From contig JBOEGF010000017.1 of NCBI GenBank assembly GCA_050633305.1, positions 104,717 through 168,716 on the forward strand: DNA of 64,000 bases, given 5' to 3'. Positions 20,519 to 30,618 of the stretch are shown here, piece after piece. The notes beneath the pieces were generated by a model. That model had not been told where the DNA came from. It worked only from the letters and a program-made list of their open reading frames with translations, and made no database searches. A program made the translations under genes and the position numbers. Each line of letters opens with the position of its first letter. The stretch's first letter is position 1. The DNA comes from Nannocystales bacterium. GTDB lineage: Bacteria; Myxococcota_A; Polyangia; Nannocystales; Nannocystaceae.

Positions 20519-21333
20519 CAGGCGATGCTGACCACGCGCCGGTTCTTCTGCGCGCGCAGTCCGAACCGACCCCCTCGACGCGGCGTGCTTCGCGGACGAG
20601 GCGTGGTGGAGGTCTTGCTCTTGTTGAAGTTGCCGCCGCCGCGGTTGTACTTGCGACCCGACTGGGACTTGGTACCGGTCTTGTTCGACGAGCTGAACTT
20701 GGACGGGTTCGCCTTGCGGTACGAGTTCCGCTGCGTGGTGAGGCTGCCGTGCCGAGCGGCGGGGGTGTGATACGGCTGCCGATACATCGGACGATAGCCG
20801 GGCATGAACGCACGCGAGATCATCGAGCCGACCACCATGCCCGCCGCGATGTCCCAGAATGGAGAGCGGTAGGACGAGTAGCGGTTGTGGCCCTGGATTT
20901 GGTACCGGCCTGAGCCCTCGCCGGTGAGGTCGCGGCGGAGCGTGAAGATCTTCTCGCCCTCGTCGATCGCTCCGTTGGTGTTCTTGTCGAAGAAGCCCGT
21001 AACCTCTTGAGTCGTGTCATCGAGGTCGTGCACGCCCACACTGACCAGCTCTTCGCCTGTGTAGATTTCGTTGACGCGGCGCTCGAAGTCCTCGGGACCC
21101 TCCGCTTGCTTGTAGGCTTTGGAGACGGCATCCCAGTCGATGTCGACCGATGCGTCCTGCGTCGTGACCCAGCGGTCGTTGCCGCGCGAGCCCGCGTCGC
21201 CGCAGCCCGCAGCCGGAAACGCCAGAGCCGCGCTAAGCGCGAACATGCCGGCGGAGGTTCGAAGACGATTCACGAAAGCCAACCTAAGCCTCCATCGCGC
21301 CAGGTCAACCGAGAGCTCGCCCGCGAACACCAC
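20518..21333 (-). CDS. lipoprotein with Gly/Arg/Ser-rich C-terminal tail
   Basis: Lipobox AAGC; acidic core, GMVVGSMISRAF helix, low-complexity basic tail; true start may be downstream (about 21246). Confidence 0.75.
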   Translation of the reverse strand: MVFAGELSVDLARWRLRLAFVNRLRTSAGMFALSAALAFPAAGCGDAGSRGNDRWVTTQDASVDIDWDAVSKAYKQAEGPEDFERRVNEIYTGEELVSVGVHDLDDTTQEVTGFFDKNTNGAIDEGEKIFTLRRDLTGEGSGRYQIQGHNRYSSYRSPFWDIAAGMVVGSMISRAFMPGYRPMYRQPYHTPAARHGSLTTQRNSYRKANPSKFSSSNKTGTKSQSGRKYNRGGGNFNKSKTSTTPRPRSTPRRGGRFGLRAQKNRRVVSIA

Positions 21334-21412
21334 TTCGCGCCTTCGCCAGATGCGTGCGCCGCTCCGTCGACCTCCACGACCCCAGTCGCCGCGCCCCCAC
21401 GCGGCCCCCCCG

Positions 21413-24172
21413 TCAGTCTTTGACTTGGCCCGGGAACAGGGGCGGCGCGGCTTTGGCGAACGCCTGCCGGAGGTTCTTCTTGGTGAAGATCCCAGTCCTC
21501 AGGAGTGACTCCCCCGGGCTCTCCTGCGGCTTCACCTTGCCGCCGGAGCCCACCTTGAACGCCGCCTTGGGGGAGCGGTCCCCCGGGGTGCTTGCGACCA
21601 CCACCCAGTCGAATCCTCCCTTGCCGTCGCTGTCGTAAAACGTCCAGCGAACGTCGGCGACTTTGAGCATGGCGAACTCCGCGTCGAACTTCCCTGCCCG
21701 GACCTGCTTGGCCAGGTCCTGGTGGTTGACGCCTTCGGCCGCGCTGTCGCCGTCGAGATCGATGAGCACCAGGTCACGGCCGTACTCGGTCACCATGGCC
21801 ACAGCGTTGCGCAGCCCGCCCGAGTCGCGAATCGCCACGCTCGCACGCGGCCCGAAGCTGAGCGCAGGAAAGCTGTCAATACCCACGCCCGACTGCGCGG
21901 TCGTCCCCGGCATCGCCTTGGAGACCGCAGTCGCAAAGCGAGTCCGCGCGTCTTCGGCAGACAAGAGGTCCTGGCGCAACAACGCACGCCCCAGCTGCTC
22001 AGTCGCCGGGGCTCCAGAGACCCAAGCCTCGCTGGTCCCGGTGAATCCCAGCACGTTGGTGTGCAGGATCGTCTCCAACGTGCCGTCGTCGTCTGCGTCG
22101 TACCAAGCCCAGCGCGACGCGCCCTGCTCGAGGACGACCACCTCGATGTCCGCACTGCCAACCTTGCGCGCCATCTCAAAGCCACTGGAGACCCCCGCGT
22201 TTTGGTCGAGGTCGAACAGGTACCGGCGGTGGAAGTACGTCGACTCGATGAACGTATCGAGGGTGCCATCCCCGTCGTGGTCCGAAGCGAGCAACGACTC
22301 TGCCGATGCCTTGGGATCGGGAATGATGACCTCGCCATCGCCAGACTCGGCAGCGCCGGGAAACACGACGGACGCCACGCGGCCATAGCGTTCCTTGAGC
22401 TTGGCATCGACGAACAGTTCACCGTCGAGTCCATCGCGAACGAGCTTGTCCGGGCTCGCAGTGGCACCGCCGTCCTTGGGCACGGTGTACGCAGTCGTGA
22501 TGTTGCCGATCGTGCCCAGCATGAACACGTCGTGGTGACCGTCGTTGTCGGTGTCGTACCAAACGTTGCGGTTTCCACCTTGGTCCAGCACCACCAGCTC
22601 AGCATCGAACGGGCGGTCATCCTTGGCGCTGAGGTCGTCCCAGCTGGGCAGTGGCTTGGCCTTCCCCAGCGAGTTCTGGTCGAGGTCGAAGTAGTACGCC
22701 GTGCTGCTTCCTACACCCGGACCCGCCGCCACCACCGTCTCGATTCGGCCATCGAGGTCGACGTCTCCACCATGCACATTGACCGCCGCGACGTCCCACG
22801 GGTCGGGGATGAAATCCAGCGGGTGCTCGGGGACCTCCTCGAGCAGCACCTTCACCTCGGCCAAGTGCACGTGGAAGCTCAGCCACTGGTTGGTGGTCAT
22901 GTCCCGCCGGACAAACGCGTTGACGGCCACAATCTCTCCGGCCGTGTTCACCAGCGGCCCGCCGCTGTCGCCGGGGAGAATCTTGGCGGTCGATTGGACC
23001 ACCCGCCCCTGCTTGTCCATCTGCGCCTTCCGCTTGGCGAGCTGTTCCTTCTGATAGCCGGAGGCACCGTCGAGCGCGAGGTCGGTATGCCCGGCGAGCT
23101 TGCCCGTGCTCGACACCTCTCCTCCCTTGAGCGCCCACAGCAGCCCTGCGCCCGCGTGCCCAACCGCAGCGACCCGTTGGCCAGGATACGGCGCCTTCTC
23201 GCTGATCTCCAACGACGGCAGGTCGGCAGGCGGGTCGATGAGTTGCAGCAACGCGAGGTCGTGGTCGATGTCGACCTCCAACACGTAGGCGTGCTGGGTC
23301 TTTTCTTGCGGCTCGAACGCCTGCAACTCCTCCGAGTAGGTCCCAAGGGTCACGTCCGCCTTGATACGCAGCCCTTCCCGCTCCCCACCTTCGATGACGT
23401 GGTGGTTGGTGAGGATGATGCCCTTGGGGTCGATGATCGAGCCGGACCCCACGCTTCCAGGGACGCGAATGACCACGGTCGCGGCTCCGACCTGCCGATA
23501 CAGCTCGCCCATGTCCTTCTCGACCACCGGCTCGTCCTCATCGGGATCCTTCTCGTCCGGGACCGGTGGCGGGATGTCGAGTTTGGGTGCATCGACGACC
23601 TCGGGCGTCTTGTCCCCGCCATCGTCCGACTCGCCTTCGTCCTCGTTGTTGGCGACCACGGTCTCCGTCTCGTCGGTGCCGCCCAACAGGAAGTACGCGC
23701 CCGCGGCCCCACCACCGAGGACCAGCACGCCCGCGACCGCAGCGATGGCAACGCCGGCCCCCGACTTCTTCCGCTCCGCTGGCGCGGCCTCCATCGCAGC
23801 CTTCTGCCGTTGGAAGTCCGCCATGAGTGCCGCGCCGTCACCCATCACCGTGCCACCGGCGGCCTGATGCATCGCGCCGACGATCTGAACGACTTTGATC
23901 ACCGTCTTCCCGCACGTGAACGCCTCACCGGCACTCATCGCGAACTGCGGGAGGTTGCGGCCTTCTTTCCAGGTGCCGTTGCTGCTGCCTAGATCTCGCA
24001 CCACCAGCTGGCCGTTTTGGAACTCCAGCTCGGCGTGAGTGGCCGACGCCTCCGTGTCGGCGAGCACGATCTCGCCGGCATCACGACCCACGACGACACG
24101 TGCGGCTGAGAAGGACAGCGTGGCCGCAGGGCGGCCGACATAGTTGATCTCGAGGATGTAGTGGGGCTCCAC
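21413..24172 (-). CDS. FHA domain - TM - trypsin-like serine protease with Asp-rich repeats
   Basis: FHA GR..S..HA..DLGSSNGT; triad TNHHV, DLALL, GDSGGP; repeated DxDxDG motifs; GTG start inferred. Confidence 0.88.
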   Translation of the reverse strand: MEPHYILEINYVGRPAATLSFSAARVVVGRDAGEIVLADTEASATHAELEFQNGQLVVRDLGSSNGTWKEGRNLPQFAMSAGEAFTCGKTVIKVVQIVGAMHQAAGGTVMGDGAALMADFQRQKAAMEAAPAERKKSGAGVAIAAVAGVLVLGGGAAGAYFLLGGTDETETVVANNEDEGESDDGGDKTPEVVDAPKLDIPPPVPDEKDPDEDEPVVEKDMGELYRQVGAATVVIRVPGSVGSGSIIDPKGIILTNHHVIEGGEREGLRIKADVTLGTYSEELQAFEPQEKTQHAYVLEVDIDHDLALLQLIDPPADLPSLEISEKAPYPGQRVAAVGHAGAGLLWALKGGEVSSTGKLAGHTDLALDGASGYQKEQLAKRKAQMDKQGRVVQSTAKILPGDSGGPLVNTAGEIVAVNAFVRRDMTTNQWLSFHVHLAEVKVLLEEVPEHPLDFIPDPWDVAAVNVHGGDVDLDGRIETVVAAGPGVGSSTAYYFDLDQNSLGKAKPLPSWDDLSAKDDRPFDAELVVLDQGGNRNVWYDTDNDGHHDVFMLGTIGNITTAYTVPKDGGATASPDKLVRDGLDGELFVDAKLKERYGRVASVVFPGAAESGDGEVIIPDPKASAESLLASDHDGDGTLDTFIESTYFHRRYLFDLDQNAGVSSGFEMARKVGSADIEVVVLEQGASRWAWYDADDDGTLETILHTNVLGFTGTSEAWVSGAPATEQLGRALLRQDLLSAEDARTRFATAVSKAMPGTTAQSGVGIDSFPALSFGPRASVAIRDSGGLRNAVAMVTEYGRDLVLIDLDGDSAAEGVNHQDLAKQVRAGKFDAEFAMLKVADVRWTFYDSDGKGGFDWVVVASTPGDRSPKAAFKVGSGGKVKPQESPGESLLRTGIFTKKNLRQAFAKAAPPLFPGQVKD

Positions 24173-24337
24173 GGCTCGGCTCCAGCGCGGGGTGCGGACC
24201 GCGCGCCCCACCACGGTACCAGCATCAGTGACGCATCGAGCGTTCCCAATCTGAACCGGGGATCTCCTGCCCACTGCGACCCCGCGGACCACCCGCGGCA
24301 GGATCAACGCCCTCCCCCGAATCAGCGCTCACTACAA

Positions 24338-24394
24338 AATGTCATCCTGATTGACATTCGAACATCTCGCCTCACACTGTCAATAGAGATGACA
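24338..24394. promoter_or_regulatory. two TGTCA-N7-TGACA palindromic operators (putative MarR sites)
   Basis: AATGTCA-TCCTGAT-TGACATT (24338-24358, contains TTGACA) and TGTCA-ATAGAGA-TGACA (24378-24394, covers start codon). Confidence 0.7.
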
Positions 24395-25270
24395 AACATA
24401 GTGAAGGAAGAGCGGGTCGTCGTCGTCGGTGCGACCGGATACCTGGGACGGCACGTGGTCGCAGAGTTCGCGCGACGCGGGCATCACGTGTCGGCGGTCG
24501 TCCGCAAGGGGAAGACCGTTCCAGGGGCCCACCGAATTATCGAAGCCGATGTGACGCAGCCTGCAACCCTGGCCGGAGCGTTGGACGGCGCCGCGCTCGT
24601 CTTCTCGGCCTTGGGGATCACACGACAGACCGACAAGGTGACCTACGAGGACATCGAGTACACGGCCAACCACAACGTGTTGCACGAGGCGGCGCGAGCC
24701 GGGGTGAAACGCTTCGGTGTCATCTCCGCGGTCAACCCCGATGTTCTCGAGGGGCTGGCGATCATGGAGTCCCGAGAGCGGTTCATCGCAGAGCTTAGCG
24801 AGGCTACGGTTCCATCGACCGTCGTTCGGGCCACCGGGTTCTTCAGCGACCTCCAAGACGTCTTCGACATGGCCGCATCCGGGCGGTCCTACGTGATTGG
24901 AGACGGAACGACACGAGTCAACCCCGTGCACGGCGAAGACCTCGCCGCCGCCTCGGCCGACGCCATGCTCGCTCAACAGGACGAGATCGACGTCGGCGGC
25001 CCCGAGGTCTTCACCTGGAACGAGGTCGCCCAGACCGCATTCGCGGCCCTCGGTACGCCGGCGAAGATCACCCACGTGCCTGCCTGGGTCGTGAAACTCG
25101 GGCTCCCGCTGATCCGCCCGTTTAACCGGCGGGTCTACGATGTGGGAAGCTTCATCGTACGCGGGGCCACCCACGACATGGTCGCGCCTTGCCACGGCCA
25201 ACGTCGCCTCGCTCCATTCTTCGAAACGCTCGCTCGTGCCCATTCCACCCGACCTCGCCTGGCAGCTTAG
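24389..25270 (+). CDS. NAD(P)H-binding atypical SDR oxidoreductase
   Basis: VVGATGYLG, FSALGITRQ, RATGFFSD, NPVHGEDLA. Confidence 0.9.
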   Translation: MTNIVKEERVVVVGATGYLGRHVVAEFARRGHHVSAVVRKGKTVPGAHRIIEADVTQPATLAGALDGAALVFSALGITRQTDKVTYEDIEYTANHNVLHEAARAGVKRFGVISAVNPDVLEGLAIMESRERFIAELSEATVPSTVVRATGFFSDLQDVFDMAASGRSYVIGDGTTRVNPVHGEDLAAASADAMLAQQDEIDVGGPEVFTWNEVAQTAFAALGTPAKITHVPAWVVKLGLPLIRPFNRRVYDVGSFIVRGATHDMVAPCHGQRRLAPFFETLARAHSTRPRLAA

Positions 25271-25658
25271 TGACCAGCTCGGCCACGCGTACTCGGTCGT
25301 GCTGGGCGTCGCCCGCCGCGAGCTCGCCGGAGAGCCACTCTCTCCGGCCGAAGTGGTTGCCCTCGTGATTCTCACAGGCTTTCCCGAGGGTCTGACCCAG
25401 ACCGCTTGGGGCGAGTACCAAGGTGTCTCCCGCCAGCGGGCCCACACCATCGGAAACAAGCTCACCAGCGCCGGCCTCACCGAGGTCACGCGCGCCGGAC
25501 GGGCGAGCACCGTCACCCTCACGCGGGCCGGCCAAGCGCTCGTCGCTCGGGTTCAACCACGCACCTCCGAAGCGCTTGCCGAAACGCTGGACGGGCTGAG
25601 TACGGCCGAGGCGCGGGAGCTATCCAGGCTGCTTGCGAAGCTCACCGACGGAGCATGA
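25236..25658 (+). CDS. MarR-family transcriptional regulator
   Basis: GLTQ...VSRQ...L...GL...GR...VTLT.AG winged helix; start uncertain. Confidence 0.82.
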   Translation: MPIPPDLAWQLSDQLGHAYSVVLGVARRELAGEPLSPAEVVALVILTGFPEGLTQTAWGEYQGVSRQRAHTIGNKLTSAGLTEVTRAGRASTVTLTRAGQALVARVQPRTSEALAETLDGLSTAEARELSRLLAKLTDGA

Positions 25659-25690
25659 TTCGTGCGCCCTGCCGGCTCTCCGAAGCCGGA

Positions 25691-26494
25691 TCAGTCCCCC
25701 GCGGCCTGCACACCGCTGTTCGGAGCACGAAACGCGGGGTTCGACCGCAGCAACGCATGCCCGTCGCACAGCGCCTCAATCGTGTCGACCACCTGCTGGG
25801 CGTCGGCCGCCGAAGCCACAGCCGTGGGATGGGTCGCAAACAGAAGTGCCTTGGGGTCGATGCGCCCTTGTTCTACAGCTGGTGCGATGCGGCCGACACA
25901 GCGGCAACTCGCGGATGCTGACACCAACCCGCAGTGGCTCGCAGTGAACCGCTGGACCCGGTCTCGGGCGCGAGAGAGCCGCTTGCGAAACGTGGGCGCC
26001 GAGACGTCCATGATCTGTGACGCTTCGTCGCCGGGGACCTCGAGGATCTCCCCCAGCAAGTAGGCCATACGATGGTCGCGGTCGAGACACTGCAACATCG
26101 CCTGAGTGCACGCGATTTTGACCTCCGCGCGGAGCACAGCCCTCTCTGCGTCGGTGTAGCCCTCGGGCGCTTCGGCCGTGAGGCCATCGAGAAGGTCGGC
26201 GCCGAAGTCTTCGAAGGACAGAGTCTGCTCGGCCCGGCCGCGCTTCATGTTGAGGAGCGCTCGCACTGCGACACGGTACGTCCAGGTCCGAAAACTCGAG
26301 CGCCCTTGGAAGCTGGGCAACCCCGTGACGATGCGCAACAGGATCTCCTGGGTGGCATCCGCGGCGTCCTCGGGGTGCCAAAGCATCCGAATCGCGAGCC
26401 CGTAGACGTTGTCGCGAACGGCCTCGACCACCGACTCCAACGCGTCGGCGTCGCCCGCGACCGCTCGCTGCACCCGCTGCTCGACGGACTCCAT
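25691..26494 (-). CDS. ECF sigma factor with Cys-containing C-terminal extension
   Basis: DAADATQEIL, FQGRSSFRTWTYR, FRKRLSRAR, then HCGLVSASASCRC. Confidence 0.9.
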   Translation of the reverse strand: MESVEQRVQRAVAGDADALESVVEAVRDNVYGLAIRMLWHPEDAADATQEILLRIVTGLPSFQGRSSFRTWTYRVAVRALLNMKRGRAEQTLSFEDFGADLLDGLTAEAPEGYTDAERAVLRAEVKIACTQAMLQCLDRDHRMAYLLGEILEVPGDEASQIMDVSAPTFRKRLSRARDRVQRFTASHCGLVSASASCRCVGRIAPAVEQGRIDPKALLFATHPTAVASAADAQQVVDTIEALCDGHALLRSNPAFRAPNSGVQAAGD

Positions 26495-26584
26495 CCTTTG
26501 CTTCTGCCACGCCCACGTCGTCGTTTGGAAGAAAAACCATCCTGCCCGGTCACGCGCGCGCCGGCCCTCGTGTCCAAAGGCGTG

Positions 26585-27079
26585 ATGAACCGTTTGAGTG
26601 TCATCGTCCTTCCGCTCCTCGCCGTGGCGTGTGGCGGAAGCGTGTCTTCTCCAACCCAGCCCCAAGCCAAAACAAGCATGAGCACATCCAAAACCGAACA
26701 AGCCGTCTTGACCGCCGTCGAAGTCATGACCGCCGCCTTCCACGCCAAGGATATCGAGGGCGTGATGGCCAGCTACGCTCCGGGAGCGACGATCGTGTTT
26801 GAACCCGGCGTAGCCGTCGACGACCCGGCCGCGCAGCGAGAAGCGTTCGAGGGGTTCTTCGCCATCTCCCCACAGTTCACATACTCGGGACACGATGTCC
26901 TCGTGTCGGGGAACCGAGCCGTCCACTTCGCGCCATGGACCATGCGGGGAACCCAACCCGATGGCCAGGCCGTGGAGATGACGGGGCTGTCCGTCGCCGT
27001 CCTCGAACGCCAACCCGACGGCCAGTGGCTCATGGTGATCGACAACCCCTACGGCGGGCACTTGCTCGCCGCCGGCTAG
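26585..27079 (+). CDS. SnoaL/NTF2-like (DUF4440/YybH) lipoprotein
   Basis: Lipobox AVAC; AF...DIEGVM..Y, GLSVAVL.RQPDG.W.MVIDNPYG. Confidence 0.85.
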   Translation: MNRLSVIVLPLLAVACGGSVSSPTQPQAKTSMSTSKTEQAVLTAVEVMTAAFHAKDIEGVMASYAPGATIVFEPGVAVDDPAAQREAFEGFFAISPQFTYSGHDVLVSGNRAVHFAPWTMRGTQPDGQAVEMTGLSVAVLERQPDGQWLMVIDNPYGGHLLAAG

Positions 27080-27108
27080 GGGCCGTCAGCTGGGGCGCGA
27101 GCAGCCCG

Positions 27109-28188
27109 CTAGATCGAGCCTCGGTCGATCGCCTTCGTCGCCATCCGTCCCAGCGCCGCAACCACAAGATCCAGCTTCGCAAAGCGCGGGTCCTTGGTGT
27201 GGCCCTTGGCAAAACGGAAGAAGATCTGCTGCACGATGACACCGATCTTCAGCAACCCGAACGCGTAGTAGAACAAGACGTCGGACACGTCGCGGCCGGT
27301 CTTCTCCGCGTACCGCTGTGCGATCTGGGCTCGGGTCAACCCACCCGGAGACGCCGTCGGGGACAGGCCCAGAGCCTGCCAAGCGGGGTCGTCCCCGGGC
27401 TCCGTCCAGTAGCCCAGCGTGGTCCCCAGGTCCATGAGCGGGTCGCCCACCGTGCACATCTCCCAGTCGAGGACCGCCACGATGCGCGTGGGGTCGGCGG
27501 GATCGAGCATGACGTTGTCGAACTTGTAGTCGTTGTGGATGAGCGTGTGCGCGACGTCTTCACGCATGTGCCCGCCCAGCCAATGCCCGACCGTGTCGAA
27601 GTCGGGGAGCGGCGACGTCTTGGCGCGCTCGAGGCGGCGGATCCACCCCTCGACCTGACGCTTCACGTACTCGGGGCCACGGTCGAGCTGGTCCAGCCCG
27701 GTCTCGGCCAGGTCGACCGCGTGTAGGTCCGCAAGACCATCCACCACCGTGCTGCACATTTTTCCGAACAACGCGGGGTCACCTCGTAGGGACTTGGGGA
27801 GCGCGTTGCGGACGATCAGCCCACGGCGACGCTCCATCACGTAGAAATCACATCCGAGCACCTCATGATCGGTGCACAGCGCCAGAGGCTTGGGCGCGTG
27901 GGGATAGGGTCCCGCCAGCGCCGACAACACGGTGTGCTCGCGCTGCATGTCGTGTCCGGACTTCACCTGCGCACCAAAGGGTGGGCGCCGCAGGACGAAC
28001 TCCTGGCCCCCCTTGCTCAAGAGGTAGGTCAGGTTGGAGAAGCCCGAGGGGAACTGCTCGACCCCGAGCGTTCCGGTGAACTCGGGGAGTGCGGTGCTGA
28101 GGTACCCGTCGAGGGCGTCCAAGTCGAGGGTCTCGCCCGACCGAACCGCCACCGCTGCGTCGAGGAGCTGCTCTGTGGAGTCGTTCAT
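27109..28188 (-). CDS. phosphotransferase family protein (ACAD10/11 kinase, LvaA-like)
   Basis: QFPSGFSNLTY, VLRRPP, HDM.RE, HNDYKFDN, VLDWEM.T.GDPL.DLG. Confidence 0.92.
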   Translation of the reverse strand: MNDSTEQLLDAAVAVRSGETLDLDALDGYLSTALPEFTGTLGVEQFPSGFSNLTYLLSKGGQEFVLRRPPFGAQVKSGHDMQREHTVLSALAGPYPHAPKPLALCTDHEVLGCDFYVMERRRGLIVRNALPKSLRGDPALFGKMCSTVVDGLADLHAVDLAETGLDQLDRGPEYVKRQVEGWIRRLERAKTSPLPDFDTVGHWLGGHMREDVAHTLIHNDYKFDNVMLDPADPTRIVAVLDWEMCTVGDPLMDLGTTLGYWTEPGDDPAWQALGLSPTASPGGLTRAQIAQRYAEKTGRDVSDVLFYYAFGLLKIGVIVQQIFFRFAKGHTKDPRFAKLDLVVAALGRMATKAIDRGSI

Positions 28189-29378
28189 GCTTGCCTCGCT
28201 TCTTTGAGAATCCGACGCGCCACGACGGACTTGTGGACCTCGTCAGGGCCGTCGTAGATCCGCGAGCCGCGTTCGTGACGGTAGAACCACGACAACACCG
28301 TGTCGTCGGTGATGCCCAGTGCACCGTGGACTTGAATCGCGCGGTCGATGACCCGCATCAACACGTCGCTGGCGAAGAACTTGATCATCGAGATCTTCTG
28401 TCGGGCCGCCTTGGCACCAACATCGTCGATGCTCCAGGCGGCATCGAGGACCAGCAAGCGTGCGGCCTCGATCTCCGCCGAGCACTCCGCGATCCAGTGC
28501 GCCACGGCTTGCTTCTCGCCCAGGGATTCGTGCGGGGTCAGCATCCGGGACGCGGCCCGGCTCGCCATCATCCCCAATGCCCGTCGACAGATGCCGATCC
28601 AGCGCATGCAGTGGTGAATCCGGCCGGGGCCAAGACGGGCCTGCGCGATCGAGAACCCGGCTCCGCGCGTCCCGAGCAGGTTCGCCTGGGGGACCCGTAC
28701 GCCGTCGAAGGCGACCTCGGAGTGACTCATCCAGCCGTCGCCCTCCTCGCCCATGATCGGAATGTTGCGGGTCCGCGTATACCCCTGCGCGTCGGTCGGC
28801 ACCACGACCATGCTGGCGCGCTGATGCGGCGGAGCATCGGGGTCGGTGACCGCCATCACGATGCAGAAGGCCGCGCCGTCCGCCGCGGTGGTGAACCATT
28901 TGCGACCGTCGAGGACCCACTCCTCCCCTTCGAGGCGTGCCGTCGTCTCCAGCCACACCGGGTTGGACCCGGCACGCCCAGGCTCGGTCATTCCGAAACA
29001 GCTGCGGGTCTCGCCGGCCAGCAGCGGCTCCAAGAACCGCGTCTTGTGGTCGTCGGTTCCGTACTCGAGCAGCACCTCCATGTTGCCCGCGTCCGGGGCT
29101 TGGCAGTTCGCGACGTAGTGACCCAGCGGCGAGGCACCCAGGACCTCGGTCAACAGACCGTGCTCGAGCACGCTGAGACCCTGGCCGCCCGCGGCGGTGG
29201 GAATCTGCGGGAGCCACAGGCTGGAACCCTTGAGTTCTTGCCGAATCGCATCAAGCTGCGGCTGCACCGCGTAGAAGCCCTCGGCGATCGCCTTGTGCTC
29301 CAGGGGCTCGAGGCGGGTGAGCAACGCGGCGGCAGCATCGAGTCGGGGGCGGAGATGGTCAGGAGTGGCGAAGTCCAT
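28185..29378 (-). CDS. acyl-CoA dehydrogenase (ACAD10/11, LvaC-like)
   Basis: NCQAPDAGNMEVL, MTEP, GRKWF, AQARLGPGRIHHCMR, IQVHGALG, RIYDGPDEVH; start ATG 29378. Confidence 0.93.
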   Translation of the reverse strand: MDFATPDHLRPRLDAAAALLTRLEPLEHKAIAEGFYAVQPQLDAIRQELKGSSLWLPQIPTAAGGQGLSVLEHGLLTEVLGASPLGHYVANCQAPDAGNMEVLLEYGTDDHKTRFLEPLLAGETRSCFGMTEPGRAGSNPVWLETTARLEGEEWVLDGRKWFTTAADGAAFCIVMAVTDPDAPPHQRASMVVVPTDAQGYTRTRNIPIMGEEGDGWMSHSEVAFDGVRVPQANLLGTRGAGFSIAQARLGPGRIHHCMRWIGICRRALGMMASRAASRMLTPHESLGEKQAVAHWIAECSAEIEAARLLVLDAAWSIDDVGAKAARQKISMIKFFASDVLMRVIDRAIQVHGALGITDDTVLSWFYRHERGSRIYDGPDEVHKSVVARRILKEARQA

Positions 29379-29394
29379 GTTGGTTTCTATCGGT

Positions 29395-30618
29395 TCACAG
29401 CAGCGCCCCGGCGACACACGCAGAGGAGAAGTTGGCGAGGGTCGCCGCGAGCAGGGCTCGAACACCGAGCCGGGCGATGTCGTGTTTGCGTTCGGGGACC
29501 AAGCCTCCGAGGCCACCGATCAGAATCCCGATGCTGGAGACGTTGGCAAACCCGGTGATCGCGAAGGTGGCGATGGACTGGCTCCGCGTGGACAGCGAAC
29601 CCGAGACCTCGCGAAGCACGTCGAAGGCCACCAGTTCGTTGACCACCGTACGGGTTCCGAGAACCTTGCCGACCTCGAACGCCTCTTCGTACGGAACGCC
29701 CATCAGGAACGCGAGCGGCATGAACAGCCACCCAAACACACGCTCCAAGGTCAACGGAGCCCCACCGACGCTGAAGACCTCGAGGAAGGCGTTGCACAGC
29801 GCCACCAAGGCGATGAAGGCGATCAACATCGCGCCGACGTTGAGCGCAAGCTTCATGCCCTCGCTCGCGCCGCTGGACGCAGCGTCGAGGAGGTTGGCGT
29901 CGGTCTGCGGGATGTCGACGTCGACCTTGCCCGCGGTCAGGGGCGTCTGCGACTCGGGGACGACCAGCTTGGCCATCACCACCGAGATCGGTGCGGTCAT
30001 CGCAACCGCCGTCAGCAGGTTCTCGATGGGGATCTTCCCAATCGAAACGTAGGCACCAAGAATCGCACCAGACACCGATGCCATCCCGGCGACCATGACC
30101 AAGAAGAGCTCGCTCTCGGTGAGCTTCGCAAGGAACGGGCGGATCGTGAGCGGGGCCTCGGTCTGCCCCATGAAGATCGACGCGCCCACCGCCAGAGACT
30201 CGGCGCCGCTGGTCCCCATCGTCCGCACCATCACCCACGCGAGCCCGCGCACGATGATCTGCATGACCCCGAGGTAGTAGAGGATGGAGAACAGCGAGGC
30301 GACGAACACGATGGTGGGCAGGATCTGAAACGCGAAGATCACTCCGAGGTTGGTCTCCCCTCCCCCTTGAGCCCCGAGCCCGCCAAAGACAAAGGCCGAG
30401 CCTTCGTAGGACTTTTGCAGGACTGTCGTCACGCCCTCCGACGCGGTCTCGAGGACCGCTCGTCCTGCCGCGACGCGTAACAGCAGCAGTCCGATGAGCC
30501 ACTGCGCTGCGACGCCCCACAACACCGCACGCTTCGAGATGGCCTTTCGGTCGCGGCAGGCGGCAAAGGCCAGCCCGAGCATGACCATCGCGCCGCCGAC
30601 CGAAACCAGTCGCTCCAT
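29395..30618 (-). CDS. nupC: concentrative nucleoside transporter (NupC/CNT family)
   Basis: FAFQILPTIVF, SGAES, IFMGQTEAPL, MASVSG, MLIAFIAL, VNELVAF, GFANVSSIGI. Confidence 0.95.
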   Translation of the reverse strand: MERLVSVGGAMVMLGLAFAACRDRKAISKRAVLWGVAAQWLIGLLLLRVAAGRAVLETASEGVTTVLQKSYEGSAFVFGGLGAQGGGETNLGVIFAFQILPTIVFVASLFSILYYLGVMQIIVRGLAWVMVRTMGTSGAESLAVGASIFMGQTEAPLTIRPFLAKLTESELFLVMVAGMASVSGAILGAYVSIGKIPIENLLTAVAMTAPISVVMAKLVVPESQTPLTAGKVDVDIPQTDANLLDAASSGASEGMKLALNVGAMLIAFIALVALCNAFLEVFSVGGAPLTLERVFGWLFMPLAFLMGVPYEEAFEVGKVLGTRTVVNELVAFDVLREVSGSLSTRSQSIATFAITGFANVSSIGILIGGLGGLVPERKHDIARLGVRALLAATLANFSSACVAGALL

